Source: a virus (lineage: Duplodnaviria > Caudoviricetes). Taken from it: a DNA stretch of 40,083 nt. The DNA is taken from the IMG/VR virus record IMGVR_UViG_3300033145_001793, positions 1 to 40,083 of that record; one strand, 5' to 3'. The notes beneath the pieces are model-generated. The model was not told the DNA's origin. It worked only from the letters and a program-made list of their open reading frames with translations, and searched no databases. Made by a program: the position numbers and the translations under genes. Within the stretch, counting starts at the first letter, position 1. Each line of letters opens with the position of its first letter. Of the stretch, positions 10,051-19,559 are shown piece after piece.

Positions 10051-10248
10051 GTGAAGGAATTATACGAAATCGGCAAGTGGCGGGAATTCAAGAAATACAG
10101 CTGCAAATTGTGCCCTTATGAGACGCTTAACGAAGAAGACATGATAAATCACATCGAACAATTTCACATGCCGAGACCCGAGCGGAGAAAGGTAAAAGTG
10201 CCTATCTTCGACAGATACGGCAACCTCATCAAGGAACAGGAGGTGTAA
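10051..10248 (+). CDS. Small C2H2 zinc-finger protein
   Basis: C-x2-C-x12-H-x4-H (CKLCPYETLNEEDMINHIEQFH); RBS GGAGGTG. Confidence 0.6.
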   Translation: MKELYEIGKWREFKKYSCKLCPYETLNEEDMINHIEQFHMPRPERRKVKVPIFDRYGNLIKEQEV

Positions 10249-10251
10249 TAA

Positions 10252-10602
10252 TTGGCAAGAACAACATTGACAAAAACGAATGCTCCCGGGCATTATGCTA
10301 CTACCGGGCAGGCATTGACATTTACAGCGGCTGATGTAACAAATGGCAATCAATTCAAAGCAACAGGGAAAGAACTGCTAATAGCCAGAAATACTAACGG
10401 TGCAACAGCCTATTACGTGACTATATCGAGCGTACCGGACCCTTATGGTCGGACCGGGGATATATCCCAGTACAGTATACCAGCCGATGAAACGCACATA
10501 TTCGGGCCTTTCCCGATTACAGGCTGGCAGCAGTCGGATGGATATATTTATGTGAACGCTGAAAATGCGGCAATAGAACTGGCAGTAGTAGTGCTGCCAT
10601 AA
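10252..10602 (+). CDS. Putative tail-associated structural protein
   Basis: T/G/A-rich beta protein between tail terminator and tail tube genes. Confidence 0.55.
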   Translation: MARTTLTKTNAPGHYATTGQALTFTAADVTNGNQFKATGKELLIARNTNGATAYYVTISSVPDPYGRTGDISQYSIPADETHIFGPFPITGWQQSDGYIYVNAENAAIELAVVVLP

Positions 10603-10622
10603 TTTTAGAGGAGGGATAAAAT

Positions 10623-11054
10623 ATGTCTGATGCTATCAGTGCATTTGGAACTTTACTCAAAATAGGCGATGGCGGCGACCCTGAAAGCTTTACAACGATA
10701 GCAGAGGTAAAGGACATAAGCGGACCGAGCTTAAGCCTAGCAACTGAGGATATTACAACACACGGTTCTCCTGGGGGATGGAAAGAGTTTGTGGGCACTC
10801 TCTTGGATGCGGGAGAAGTGACTTTTGACATAAACTTTGTTCCAACGCATGCTACTCATAACGCCAGCACCGGTTTGATAGCCGATATGGTTAACAGGGT
10901 TAAACGAAACTTCCAGCTTGTTTTCCCCGATGCAGGAAATACAACATGGACATTCACTGCATTGATTACAGGTTTTGAGCTGTCAGAGCCTGTTGAAGGC
11001 ACATTAGGTGCATCTGTAACACTTAAAATAACAGGCCAACCAACATTAGCATAG
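10623..11054 (+). CDS. Major tail tube protein
   Basis: FTTIAEVKDISGP, D.TTH.S.GGWKEF, DAGEVTF, LKITG motifs. Confidence 0.88.
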   Translation: MSDAISAFGTLLKIGDGGDPESFTTIAEVKDISGPSLSLATEDITTHGSPGGWKEFVGTLLDAGEVTFDINFVPTHATHNASTGLIADMVNRVKRNFQLVFPDAGNTTWTFTALITGFELSEPVEGTLGASVTLKITGQPTLA

Positions 11055-11065
11055 GGGGTTAACAT

Positions 11066-11431
11066 ATGGGCAAAAAAATACTAGGACGAGAAGACATATT
11101 AAACGCAAACGATATAGAAACAAGAGAGGTATATATTCCAGAATGGAAAGGCAGCGTTATTGTCAAAGCACTCACAGGCGCAGAAAGGGACGCATTTGAA
11201 GAAAGTTTATTAGTTGGGAAAGGCCCTAACAAAGAATTTAACCTGAACAACGTAAGGGCAAAACTTGTTGCTCTCTCGGTAGTAGACGAAGAAGGGAACA
11301 GAATATTCAAAGAATCAGACGTTGAAAAATTAAGCAAAAAGTCAGCAACAGCACTGCAGAAAATATTCGCAGTAGCGCAAAAACTTTCAGGCTTAACGGA
11401 GGCAGATATTGAGGAACTCTCAAAAAACTAA
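11066..11431 (+). CDS. Tail assembly chaperone (gpG-like)
   Basis: Follows tail tube gene; ends on a slippery heptamer just before TAA. Confidence 0.85.
   Translation: MGKKILGREDILNANDIETREVYIPEWKGSVIVKALTGAERDAFEESLLVGKGPNKEFNLNNVRAKLVALSVVDEEGNRIFKESDVEKLSKKSATALQKIFAVAQKLSGLTEADIEELSKN
11422..11428 (+). other. -1 programmed frameshift site A AAA AAC
   Basis: X XXY YYZ heptamer in frame; the -1 frame is open from here to 11775. Confidence 0.85.
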
Positions 11432-11775
11432 AGCAGAGGCCAGAGCGCCGATTCTGGTTTAAGCTTGCTCTGGCCTTTGGGAAATCCATATCGCAGTTGC
11501 AAAAAGAAATAAGCTCCCGGGAATTTGCAGAGTGGATGGCATATTACCAGATTGAGCCTTTTGGCGAAGAAAGAGCGGACTGGCGAGCGGGAATGATAGC
11601 TGCTACAATAGCCAACATTTTCCGTGATACGAAGAAGCGGAGAAAACCTTACAAACCGCAGGATTTTATGCCAAAGCTTGAGGAAAAGAAGGAGCAGACA
11701 TGGCAGGAACAGCTGCAGATAGTTAGGATGTTGAATGCTGCATTTGGAGGGAAGGAAAAGAAGAAAGCCCCGTAA
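11428..11775 (+). CDS. Tail assembly chaperone gpT part (gpGT fusion via frameshift)
   Basis: -1 frame LKQRPERRFWFKLALAFG...SREFAEWMAYYQIEPFG, no obvious own RBS. Confidence 0.8.
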   Translation, partial: LKQRPERRFWFKLALAFGKSISQLQKEISSREFAEWMAYYQIEPFGEERADWRAGMIAATIANIFRDTKKRRKPYKPQDFMPKLEEKKEQTWQEQLQIVRMLNAAFGGKEKKKAP

Positions 11776-11789
11776 TCGAGGCTTTTTTA
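11764..11789. terminator. Hairpin terminator, probably bidirectional
   Basis: AAAGCCCCG-TAAT-CGAGGCTTTTTT between convergent genes. Confidence 0.6.
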
Positions 11790-11796
11790 TACGATT

Positions 11797-12294
11797 TTAA
11801 AATTCATTATAACTAGCAAGTAAACGATTTTGTTTTCCCCAAATTTCAACAGATTTAAGGCCAAACTCTTTGTTTTCTTTGTTTTTAATGAAGAAAAGAC
11901 ATGCCGTTTTTATGTTTTGCGCAACTTCTTTGCCTTCTTCATCAGGATAAATATCTGTTTTGATTTTAATATTACCACCTGATATTGATATTTCTTTTAT
12001 AAGATTATACCAATATGCAGTTTTAAAGTTGATTTCTAAGTAATTACTAAATGCTTCTAGGGCTTTTTCATTTTGCATTTTCATTTCTTTTATTATATCT
12101 TGAGTAGATTTTGCTTCATTTGTCTTATCAGGGGCTATATTGGCACCAAGAGATATTAAGATTACCGATACTACTAATACGATTAGAGCTTGTTTTCGAT
12201 TGTTGATTTTAAAAGTTTTAACACTGCCTTTTAATAAAGCAACAAAACCCAACAATACACCGATTACTCCAAATGCTATCAAAATAGCAAACAA
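11797..12294 (-). CDS. Moron membrane protein (two N-terminal TM helices plus soluble domain)
   Basis: AT-rich, antisense, own promoter and RBS GGAGGTG, hydrophobic segments at ~1-21 and ~36-53. Confidence 0.8.
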   Translation of the reverse strand: MFAILIAFGVIGVLLGFVALLKGSVKTFKINNRKQALIVLVVSVILISLGANIAPDKTNEAKSTQDIIKEMKMQNEKALEAFSNYLEINFKTAYWYNLIKEISISGGNIKIKTDIYPDEEGKEVAQNIKTACLFFIKNKENKEFGLKSVEIWGKQNRLLASYNEF

Positions 12295-12328
12295 AATATT
12301 TCACCTCCGAAAAGATTTTTTCAACCTT

Positions 12329-12357
12329 ATTTTACCAGTTAGGAATAAGATTGTAAA
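12329..12357 (-). promoter_or_regulatory. Sigma-A promoter of the moron
   Basis: TTTACA-17bp-TAAAAT with TG extension on the minus strand. Confidence 0.65.
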
Positions 12358-12369
12358 CAGAAAGTAGGG

Positions 12370-14427
12370 ATGCCGATGGCAACAATGAAGTCATTGATGG
12401 TTGTTGTAGGGGCGAAAACAGAAGGGTTTCAAAAAGGTATAGAAAAATCAGCCGCAACGCTAAAAAGTTTTGAAAAAAGAGTAGAATGCACACAAAAACT
12501 AGCAAAGGGACTAATTGCCGGATTTGCAGCAGTAAGTGCAGCAGCGGTTGGGCTTGGAATTAAATCTGTTCAGCTTGCAGGCAAAGTAGAACAAACAGAA
12601 GTAGCATTTACAACAATGTTAGGGAGCGCAGAGAAAGCACAAGAAATGTTGAAAGGGTTACAACAATTTGCAGCAACAACACCGTTTCAGTTTGAAGGCA
12701 TATCTGATGCAGCTAAAAAGTTAATAGCATTTGGCATAAGTGCCGAGGAGACAATACCAACATTGAAACGCATAGGCGATATATCTGCAGGCATAGGAGC
12801 TCCTATAGGCGAGATTGCGGAACTTTATGGAAAAGCACGAGTTCAGGGACGGTTATTTGCTGAGGATATAAACCAATTGACAGGCCGAGGAATACCGATT
12901 ATACAAGAATTGGCGAAACAATTCGGTGTGGCAGAATCAGAAGTAAAGAAACTTGTCGAAAGCGGGCAGGTCAACTTCAAAAATCTTGAACAAGCATTTA
13001 TTAGCCTAACATCAGAAGGCGGAAAATTCGCAGGGCTAATGGAGGCACAAAGTCAAACAATACTAGGGCTTTGGTCAACGCTTAAAGATAACATAACATT
13101 ATCCCTAACAACGATAGGGCAGATAATAACAGATACATTTGACCTGAGGCCTAAAATGCAGGGGGCTATAGAATGGCTGAGTAATCTACAAATAAAGCTA
13201 GTAGAAATAAGGGATACGATAGAAAAACATGGAGTAAGGGCAGCAATAGAAAGATTTATTTCCCCGCAAACGCAGGCAATAATAGTAGGCGTTACCGGTG
13301 CAATTATGGGTTTGGCAACTGCTATTTTAGTTGCTTTACTGCCAACATTGAAAGCAACAGCATTGGCATGGTGGGCAACGTTGAAACCTATGATACCTTA
13401 TATAGCACTTGGGACAGCAATAGCACTGCTGGCATATACGATATACAAAAACTGGAAACAGATGGGCTTCTTTTTTAAATCCATCTGGGATGTAATAACT
13501 TCAAGTGCCGAACTCGGTGCTGCTCATACAGCAAAAGCCTGGAATAACCTGAAACTGGTGGTATACGGTGTTATACAAAGCATCTTAGATGCAGTCGCAC
13601 CACTTTTGCAATGGCTGCCAGGTGCAATGGGTGAGGGTTTTCGAAAGCTTAGAGATAGCGTAACCAGTAAGTTGAATGATGTCAAATCAAATATAGAAAA
13701 CCTTGATAATAAAATAGCTGCTAGCAAGATAAAGACAGAAATGGCCATGAAAGGCATGTCAGCTGCATGGGACGGGCTAAAAGGTAGTGTTATAGCAACT
13801 TTTAGTCCTGTAGTTGAAGCAACTAAAAAAGTAAATATGCTTGCCGATGCACAAAATAGTCTCAGCAGTAAAATAGCCAAAACAACTGATGCGATAAAAA
13901 AACAAAAAGAAGCACTTGATTCAATAAACGAAAGTGCAAAAGTTTTTGCGGCTATTACAGAATCGCAAATAGTAACCAAGTCCGGGTATGTGATAAACCG
14001 TAGCAGTATTAAAAAAGCTTCAGAGCTTTTCAGGGAAGCAAACAAAGACTATATAGAGCGTATTGCCAGAGAGCGTAATGTTGACCTCGGGGTGGCAGAA
14101 GCCATGGCCAGAGCTGAACGCAGCCAAGGGTGGCAGAACGCCCTCAAGAAAGCCGGTGTACCTTCCATGGACACAGGCGGAATAGTGCCAGGTCCCATAG
14201 GCGCACCGAGGCTTATTTTGGCTCATGGTGGGGAAACTGTGCTGCCGACACATAAAGGCACAATGCCAATTGACTATGACCGTTTCGCTCAGGCCATAGC
14301 GAAGCATATAAAACCCAGCATAACCATGAATACCACTATTAACAGCCCGGAACCGGTCACACCAAGCGTAGCAAAAAGAAAACAAGAACAGCTACTACGA
14401 CAGCTAGCCATGGAATGGGGTGTATAA
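12370..14427 (+). CDS. Tape measure protein
   Basis: FTTMLGSAEKA / FAATTPF / QLTGRGIPI tape-measure domain, central hydrophobic helices, C-terminal GGIVPG..AHGGETVLP. Confidence 0.93.
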   Translation: MPMATMKSLMVVVGAKTEGFQKGIEKSAATLKSFEKRVECTQKLAKGLIAGFAAVSAAAVGLGIKSVQLAGKVEQTEVAFTTMLGSAEKAQEMLKGLQQFAATTPFQFEGISDAAKKLIAFGISAEETIPTLKRIGDISAGIGAPIGEIAELYGKARVQGRLFAEDINQLTGRGIPIIQELAKQFGVAESEVKKLVESGQVNFKNLEQAFISLTSEGGKFAGLMEAQSQTILGLWSTLKDNITLSLTTIGQIITDTFDLRPKMQGAIEWLSNLQIKLVEIRDTIEKHGVRAAIERFISPQTQAIIVGVTGAIMGLATAILVALLPTLKATALAWWATLKPMIPYIALGTAIALLAYTIYKNWKQMGFFFKSIWDVITSSAELGAAHTAKAWNNLKLVVYGVIQSILDAVAPLLQWLPGAMGEGFRKLRDSVTSKLNDVKSNIENLDNKIAASKIKTEMAMKGMSAAWDGLKGSVIATFSPVVEATKKVNMLADAQNSLSSKIAKTTDAIKKQKEALDSINESAKVFAAITESQIVTKSGYVINRSSIKKASELFREANKDYIERIARERNVDLGVAEAMARAERSQGWQNALKKAGVPSMDTGGIVPGPIGAPRLILAHGGETVLPTHKGTMPIDYDRFAQAIAKHIKPSITMNTTINSPEPVTPSVAKRKQEQLLRQLAMEWGV

Positions 14428-15286
14428 TATGCAGAAGATAGTATTCATAAATGCAAATGGGCAGAGTATCATCCTCGGGAGAGCAAAACCCTATCTCCTA
14501 CTCAGCATCGCCGGCACTGGCGCAGCTGAAACGGATGTCCAGATGCAGAAAGCCCCGTTCCAGGACGGCCAGACGTATATAGATACTCTCCTAGAGCCAA
14601 GGATAGTATCAATCGAAGTAGCTATATTAGCAAGCACACAAGAGGAACTGCATCAAAAACGGAGAGAAATAGCACAGGTATTCAACCCGAAACTTGGCCC
14701 TGGCACTCTTCGATATGAATACGACGGTGGAGTGAGGGAAATAGAAGCCACATCCGATCTTGCACCCGTGTTTCCGACTGGAGAAGGAAATCAAGCGCAG
14801 GGCTTTCAGCGGGCACTCATTTCCCTGATATGCCCTTCCCCCTTCTGGCTGGATACAGAAACGCAGGACGAATATATTGGTATAGGTGGAGGCCTATCAT
14901 TTCCAATGCAATTTCCGCTTAAGTTTGCCAATGCTTCAACAAATACTGTATTTACAAATGAGGGTGATGTGGAGTGCCCAGTATTAATAGTAGTAAAAGG
15001 CCCGGCACAGGATGTAACCATTACTAATGAAACCACAGGTGAACATATAACCATAAATGCCGCATTACTAGCCGGTGAAAAGTTGGAGATAAACACAGAA
15101 TTCGGCAATAAGTACGCAGAACTTGTAAAGGCAGACGGGTCAAGGGAAAACGTACTTCACTATATAAGTCTGGACAGCACTTTCTGGCAATTGCAACCGG
15201 GAGATAACATAATAAGTCTTTCGGGGAATGTGGATGAAAGTGCAGAACTGTATGTATACTGGAAGCATAGATACGTGGGGGTGTAA
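14420..15286 (+). CDS. Distal tail protein (Dit)
   Basis: Follows TMP; DGQTY...LEPR, CPSPFW, NEGDVECP, LQPGDN motifs. Confidence 0.85.
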   Translation: MYNMQKIVFINANGQSIILGRAKPYLLLSIAGTGAAETDVQMQKAPFQDGQTYIDTLLEPRIVSIEVAILASTQEELHQKRREIAQVFNPKLGPGTLRYEYDGGVREIEATSDLAPVFPTGEGNQAQGFQRALISLICPSPFWLDTETQDEYIGIGGGLSFPMQFPLKFANASTNTVFTNEGDVECPVLIVVKGPAQDVTITNETTGEHITINAALLAGEKLEINTEFGNKYAELVKADGSRENVLHYISLDSTFWQLQPGDNIISLSGNVDESAELYVYWKHRYVGV

Positions 15287-15289
15287 TAA

Positions 15290-16072
15290 ATGCCTATAGA
15301 ATTAACAAGTAGATTTTATGACAGCACTGCGGAAGACCCGAGGGAATATTCTTCTTCAGAATGGAGTGAAGTGTTCAAGCATCTAGCAGGAAACGGGATA
15401 ATACCGGGGGAAGGGAAAGAGTTTAATGTGAGGGAAACGGACCCATTAGCTTTATCGGTTATAGTTGACCCAGGAGTTGTGTTTATAAACGGTAGGTATG
15501 GTAAGCTTTCAACTTCTCAAACGCTTAACCTGTCAGCAGCAGACCCTACTTATGACCGTATAGATAGGGTGGTATTGAGACTTAACCTTGATACAGCTGT
15601 TAGGAAAATGTATTTGGACGTGTTGACCGGCACTCCTGCAGCTTCACCGTCTTCCCCAGCACTAACTCGAAGCGGTGATATATATGAACTATCTATTGCA
15701 CAAATTCTGGTACCTGCGGGAGCTACTAGTATAAATAACAGTCATATCACCAGCGAAAAGAACGATCACAGCGTATGCGGTTTTGGGCTTCCTTTTGGAT
15801 ATATGATTAGCCAAAGAATATATGGCATACCCCGAGAAGATGTGATAACTAGAGATGAGAATGATTATATAACGAAGATCGAAACATACTTTCCAGATAG
15901 AAGTACAGGGGTATTACGCTGGAAAGAGGAGTTAACTCGTGATGGTGAGGGAAACGTAACGCGAATAAACAGAACAGCATATGCAAGCGATGGAACTACA
16001 ATCGTATATACTTCAACCGAAATAATTAGCAGGGACGGCGAAGGCAACATTATAGGGGTGGTAGTATCGTGA
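15290..16072 (+). CDS. Baseplate / tail structural protein
   Basis: ADPTYDRIDRVVLRL...GTPA.SP..PALTR..DIYELSIA motif common in Firmicute siphophage baseplate proteins. Confidence 0.75.
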   Translation: MPIELTSRFYDSTAEDPREYSSSEWSEVFKHLAGNGIIPGEGKEFNVRETDPLALSVIVDPGVVFINGRYGKLSTSQTLNLSAADPTYDRIDRVVLRLNLDTAVRKMYLDVLTGTPAASPSSPALTRSGDIYELSIAQILVPAGATSINNSHITSEKNDHSVCGFGLPFGYMISQRIYGIPREDVITRDENDYITKIETYFPDRSTGVLRWKEELTRDGEGNVTRINRTAYASDGTTIVYTSTEIISRDGEGNIIGVVVS

Positions 16073-16875
16073 ATAGAGCAGATTTGATTTCATCCTTGAA
16101 ACTGTACGACGATGCCGTGGTCGGTGCATTAACAGGAAATAGAGTTCTGGCAATGACTGCAAAAATGACCAAGGCGCAGGAACAGTTCTTGCGGGCATTA
16201 TTTGATGATACTCTTGATGTAAATAGTAGGAAAACATTTCTAGAAGCAAATATAGCAGATATTACAAATGATGATTTACTCATGCATATGATAGCGAACA
16301 GTAGTAATTTACTTGATGCGTCTATCGCTTCGGCTTCAATAATGCAAGCGCTGGGCGGTTCTTCTATTGCAGTAGATAAAATTACCAATTCTAAACTGGC
16401 AACAGATAAAATATTGAGCTCTGCGTCTGCAATATCCAATTATACAGCCGGTAATGGGAAAGGGGTATATCTATACAAAGGAGGAATAACTCCATTATTC
16501 TTTGTTTATGCCAATTATAGTGAAAAGGCAAGATTTTTTCCACGACCCGATTATTTAGATTTAAAGGCTTATGCAGGCACTCTAGAATCGGTTAAAATAG
16601 AGAATTCGCAAACTATAAATCTTACTAATGCAAATTATGTAAAAATTAACTGGGAAAACACTGGTGTAACATCAGATGATAACATTAGTCGTCTTGAAAT
16701 CAGGGAAACGCCTGGAGGCGATTATGTTGTTAGAATATTAAAATATAATAATTTTTCACTAACAACTGACTCGATTGATGTTTCAAGTTTATCAGGGGAT
16801 TTTTACATTGCTATTGGGGCTCAAGGTAGTACTGTGGCGAGTTACCTTGCTGTCTATAATATTTATGTATGTTAG
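16069..16875 (+). CDS. Putative tail / receptor-binding protein
   Basis: Helical N-terminus and AT-rich beta-rich C-terminal domain, within tail module. Confidence 0.55.
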   Translation: MNRADLISSLKLYDDAVVGALTGNRVLAMTAKMTKAQEQFLRALFDDTLDVNSRKTFLEANIADITNDDLLMHMIANSSNLLDASIASASIMQALGGSSIAVDKITNSKLATDKILSSASAISNYTAGNGKGVYLYKGGITPLFFVYANYSEKARFFPRPDYLDLKAYAGTLESVKIENSQTINLTNANYVKINWENTGVTSDDNISRLEIRETPGGDYVVRILKYNNFSLTTDSIDVSSLSGDFYIAIGAQGSTVASYLAVYNIYVC

Positions 16876-16887
16876 GAGGTATGTAAT

Positions 16888-17085
16888 ATGCCTTGGATGA
16901 AGTATTCATTATCTAACAATAAAGTTTTTAGGATAACGGAATTACAGCCTGAATTTAATAATGAAACAGAGGGCGTTGTAGAAGTAGACGAGTGTGTTCA
17001 TTCAGTTGGTGATGAAAATAAATACGATATTTTTGTTGAGCGAAAATCTCCTAATTTAACAATAATGTCTATAAAGAAACAATAG
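16888..17085 (+). CDS. Small tail-associated hypothetical protein (possible fibre chaperone)
   Basis: RBS AGGAGG; follows the putative RBP. Confidence 0.55.
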   Translation: MPWMKYSLSNNKVFRITELQPEFNNETEGVVEVDECVHSVGDENKYDIFVERKSPNLTIMSIKKQ

Positions 17086-17097
17086 GAGCGGCATAAA

Positions 17098-19248
17098 ATG
17101 AAACCTATCCGTGTATTAACGCCTCAACTTCAGATTCAAGCAGAAATAGATAACTACGAAAGCCTTATATTTACCCGGCGCTGGCACAAGCCAGGGGAAT
17201 TTGAGATCCGTGTCAATAGGCACAAAAAAGACGTTAACAAACTTACTAAAGGCAATTTAATCATGCTAGGCGGGGACCCTAGCAAAGTTGGAATAATAAA
17301 GCACAGAGAAATAGAGCTGGGGGAGCAGGGCAAAATTACCGAAAACTGGCTTATAAAGGGCTGGACTATTTCAGGTATAACGAAACAACGTGTAACAGTA
17401 CCCCCAGAAGAACAGGCATATGACAGTATAACCGATGCAGCAGAAACTGTGATGAAGCATTATGTTGATAAATGCCTTATAAATCCTGCTGACCTGGCAA
17501 GAAAGATAAATATACTTCAAAATGCTACAGACCAGGGGAGAGGTCAGACAATATCATGGCAGAGCCGGTACAAAAACCTAGCAGAAGAACTGGAAAAACT
17601 GTCCGTTATAAGCGGTTTAGGTTGGAATATCTACCTTGACTTCGAGTTGTTGAAGTGGATATTTGAGGTATATGAAGGGAAAGACCTTACGGTAGGCCAA
17701 AGTACAAATCCCCCTGTGATTTTCAGCCCTGACTTCGATGCACTCCGCTCACAGCACTATGCCGAAAGTGAACTAAATTACAAAAATCTTGCATATGTAG
17801 CAGGGCAGGGTGAAGGGGCAGCAAGGACGATTGTAACAGTACCGCAATTGGTAGAGCAGACGCAAGTATCAGACATAGACGACACCCAGGCTGACTTCCA
17901 GGAGGGCACACTCACAGATGTTGTGGCAACAAGTGCAGGGGATTTGGAGTTAGTGAACAACCCCGCCTTGAGTTTTGATGGGGTGGATGATTATGTGAAT
18001 TGTGGGCATATACAAGACTTAGGAGATACTTTTACTATTGAAGTGCGAGTTGAACAAATTTCGTTAGGGGCTACTTATAATCCTATATTGTTTCGAAATG
18101 GTAATACAAATGGAAATTTAGGTTTACGATTTGATAATACTGGTAATATTGAGTTTAGGCAATACACTGGTGATGAAATAAAAACATCAGAATCATATTC
18201 AGCAGGTGAAGAAATATTTATATCAGTAGTTAGCAATAATTTAAATGGTGAAATATTCGTAGACGGTGTCAGCAAAGCTACAGGTACGTTTAGTAGTAGT
18301 TTTAATGATACAGGGGATATTGAGTTAGCAAGATATACCTTATCTAGTGGATATTATGGAAATATCAAATTAAAAGAAGTTCGCATATGGAATGTAGCAC
18401 GTACTCAACAGCAAATCCAAAATAATATAAATGTAGAATTAACAGGCACAGAAACAGGTCTTGTTGCATATTACAAAATAAACGAAGGTTCAGGAACAAC
18501 TTTAACAGATAGTGCAGGGAGTAATGATGGCACAATAAATGGTGCAACATGGGTAAATGACTATAAATCATCCGGCACCCGCACATCCCCAACCCTTGAC
18601 CTATCACCTGTCGGCACAGCAAAAAGCAGTATAATTGAATTTACAACAACTACGCCAGCAGGCACATCAGTAGATATAGAAACGAACCTTTCCCTAGATG
18701 GCGGGCAAACCTGGAAAGGCTGGAAAACCTGCACTTCTGGGCAGCCGATACCGGATATAACAGAAGGGCTTGATTTGTCGAATGCAGTATTGCAGTGCAG
18801 GCAGACATTAATAACAAGTGATACAACTGTTACACCTGGTCTAAGTTATTTGGCGCTTGATATACAGGGAGAAAAAATCCCTGAGGGCACGCCGTCAGGG
18901 TTATCATTAGTTGAAACCTTTGTGGATGCAAGAGACTTGGCAACAGAAACAGATTTGCAGGCTAGAGGAGAACAAAAACTTGCAGAATTTAAAGTTGAAA
19001 AACTTCTTGAAGCCCAGATACTTCCCTATGGCCCCTTTAAATATGAGGAAGATTGGGACCTGGGTGACATCGTAACTATCCAGAACAAAGACTGGGGAGT
19101 AACAATGGATGCCAGGATAATTGAAGTAAAGGAGATATATGAACCTTCCGGATTTAGATTGGAGGCAGTATTCGGGAATTCGTGGCCTACATTGCTTGAT
19201 AAAATCAAAAGCGAGTTTGAACAGATGAGTGCGGAAATCAGGAAATAA
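17098..19248 (+). CDS. ReqiPepy6 Gp37-like tail tip protein with inserted LamG-like domain
   Basis: N-terminal IDNYESLIFTRRW..PGEF, AYVAGQGEG, C-terminal ETFVDARD / DWDLGDIVT; internal ALSFDGVDDYV...EVRIWNVART...GLVAYY. Confidence 0.82.
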   Translation: MKPIRVLTPQLQIQAEIDNYESLIFTRRWHKPGEFEIRVNRHKKDVNKLTKGNLIMLGGDPSKVGIIKHREIELGEQGKITENWLIKGWTISGITKQRVTVPPEEQAYDSITDAAETVMKHYVDKCLINPADLARKINILQNATDQGRGQTISWQSRYKNLAEELEKLSVISGLGWNIYLDFELLKWIFEVYEGKDLTVGQSTNPPVIFSPDFDALRSQHYAESELNYKNLAYVAGQGEGAARTIVTVPQLVEQTQVSDIDDTQADFQEGTLTDVVATSAGDLELVNNPALSFDGVDDYVNCGHIQDLGDTFTIEVRVEQISLGATYNPILFRNGNTNGNLGLRFDNTGNIEFRQYTGDEIKTSESYSAGEEIFISVVSNNLNGEIFVDGVSKATGTFSSSFNDTGDIELARYTLSSGYYGNIKLKEVRIWNVARTQQQIQNNINVELTGTETGLVAYYKINEGSGTTLTDSAGSNDGTINGATWVNDYKSSGTRTSPTLDLSPVGTAKSSIIEFTTTTPAGTSVDIETNLSLDGGQTWKGWKTCTSGQPIPDITEGLDLSNAVLQCRQTLITSDTTVTPGLSYLALDIQGEKIPEGTPSGLSLVETFVDARDLATETDLQARGEQKLAEFKVEKLLEAQILPYGPFKYEEDWDLGDIVTIQNKDWGVTMDARIIEVKEIYEPSGFRLEAVFGNSWPTLLDKIKSEFEQMSAEIRK

Positions 19249-19270
19249 ATTCCCCGGGAAAAGCGAAGCA

Positions 19271-19293
19271 AGCGACATCAGTCGCTTTTTTTA
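19271..19293 (+). terminator. Rho-independent terminator
   Basis: AGCGAC-ATCA-GTCGCT followed by a T-run. Confidence 0.7.
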
Positions 19294-19316
19294 TTGGGCA
19301 GAAAGGCGGGATATGA

Positions 19317-19559
19317 ATGGACAAAGAGATTATGCAGGCCATATATGATGTTCGGGAGAGAGTTGTGAGGATCGAAACGAAGTTGGACCAGTATAATGCT
19401 GTACGGGAAACAGCTTACAAGGCGAAAGAATTGGCGGAGGACAATGAAAAAGCTATTGGAGAACTGAAGGACAGCCAGAAATGGGGCACAAGGACGGGCA
19501 TAGGGGCATTGGTAGGACTGCTCGGGAAGATATTCTATGATGCCATTTTTGGGAGGTGA
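19317..19559 (+). CDS. Hemolysin XhlA-like / holin-associated protein
   Basis: Coiled coil RVVRIETKLD plus C-terminal TM segment, precedes endolysin. Confidence 0.7.
   Translation: MDKEIMQAIYDVRERVVRIETKLDQYNAVRETAYKAKELAEDNEKAIGELKDSQKWGTRTGIGALVGLLGKIFYDAIFGR

Noticed and set aside
15290-19248. Diversity-generating retroelement or invertible tail-fibre switch
   Set aside because: No reverse transcriptase or invertase, and I saw no template/variable repeat pair or long inverted repeats.
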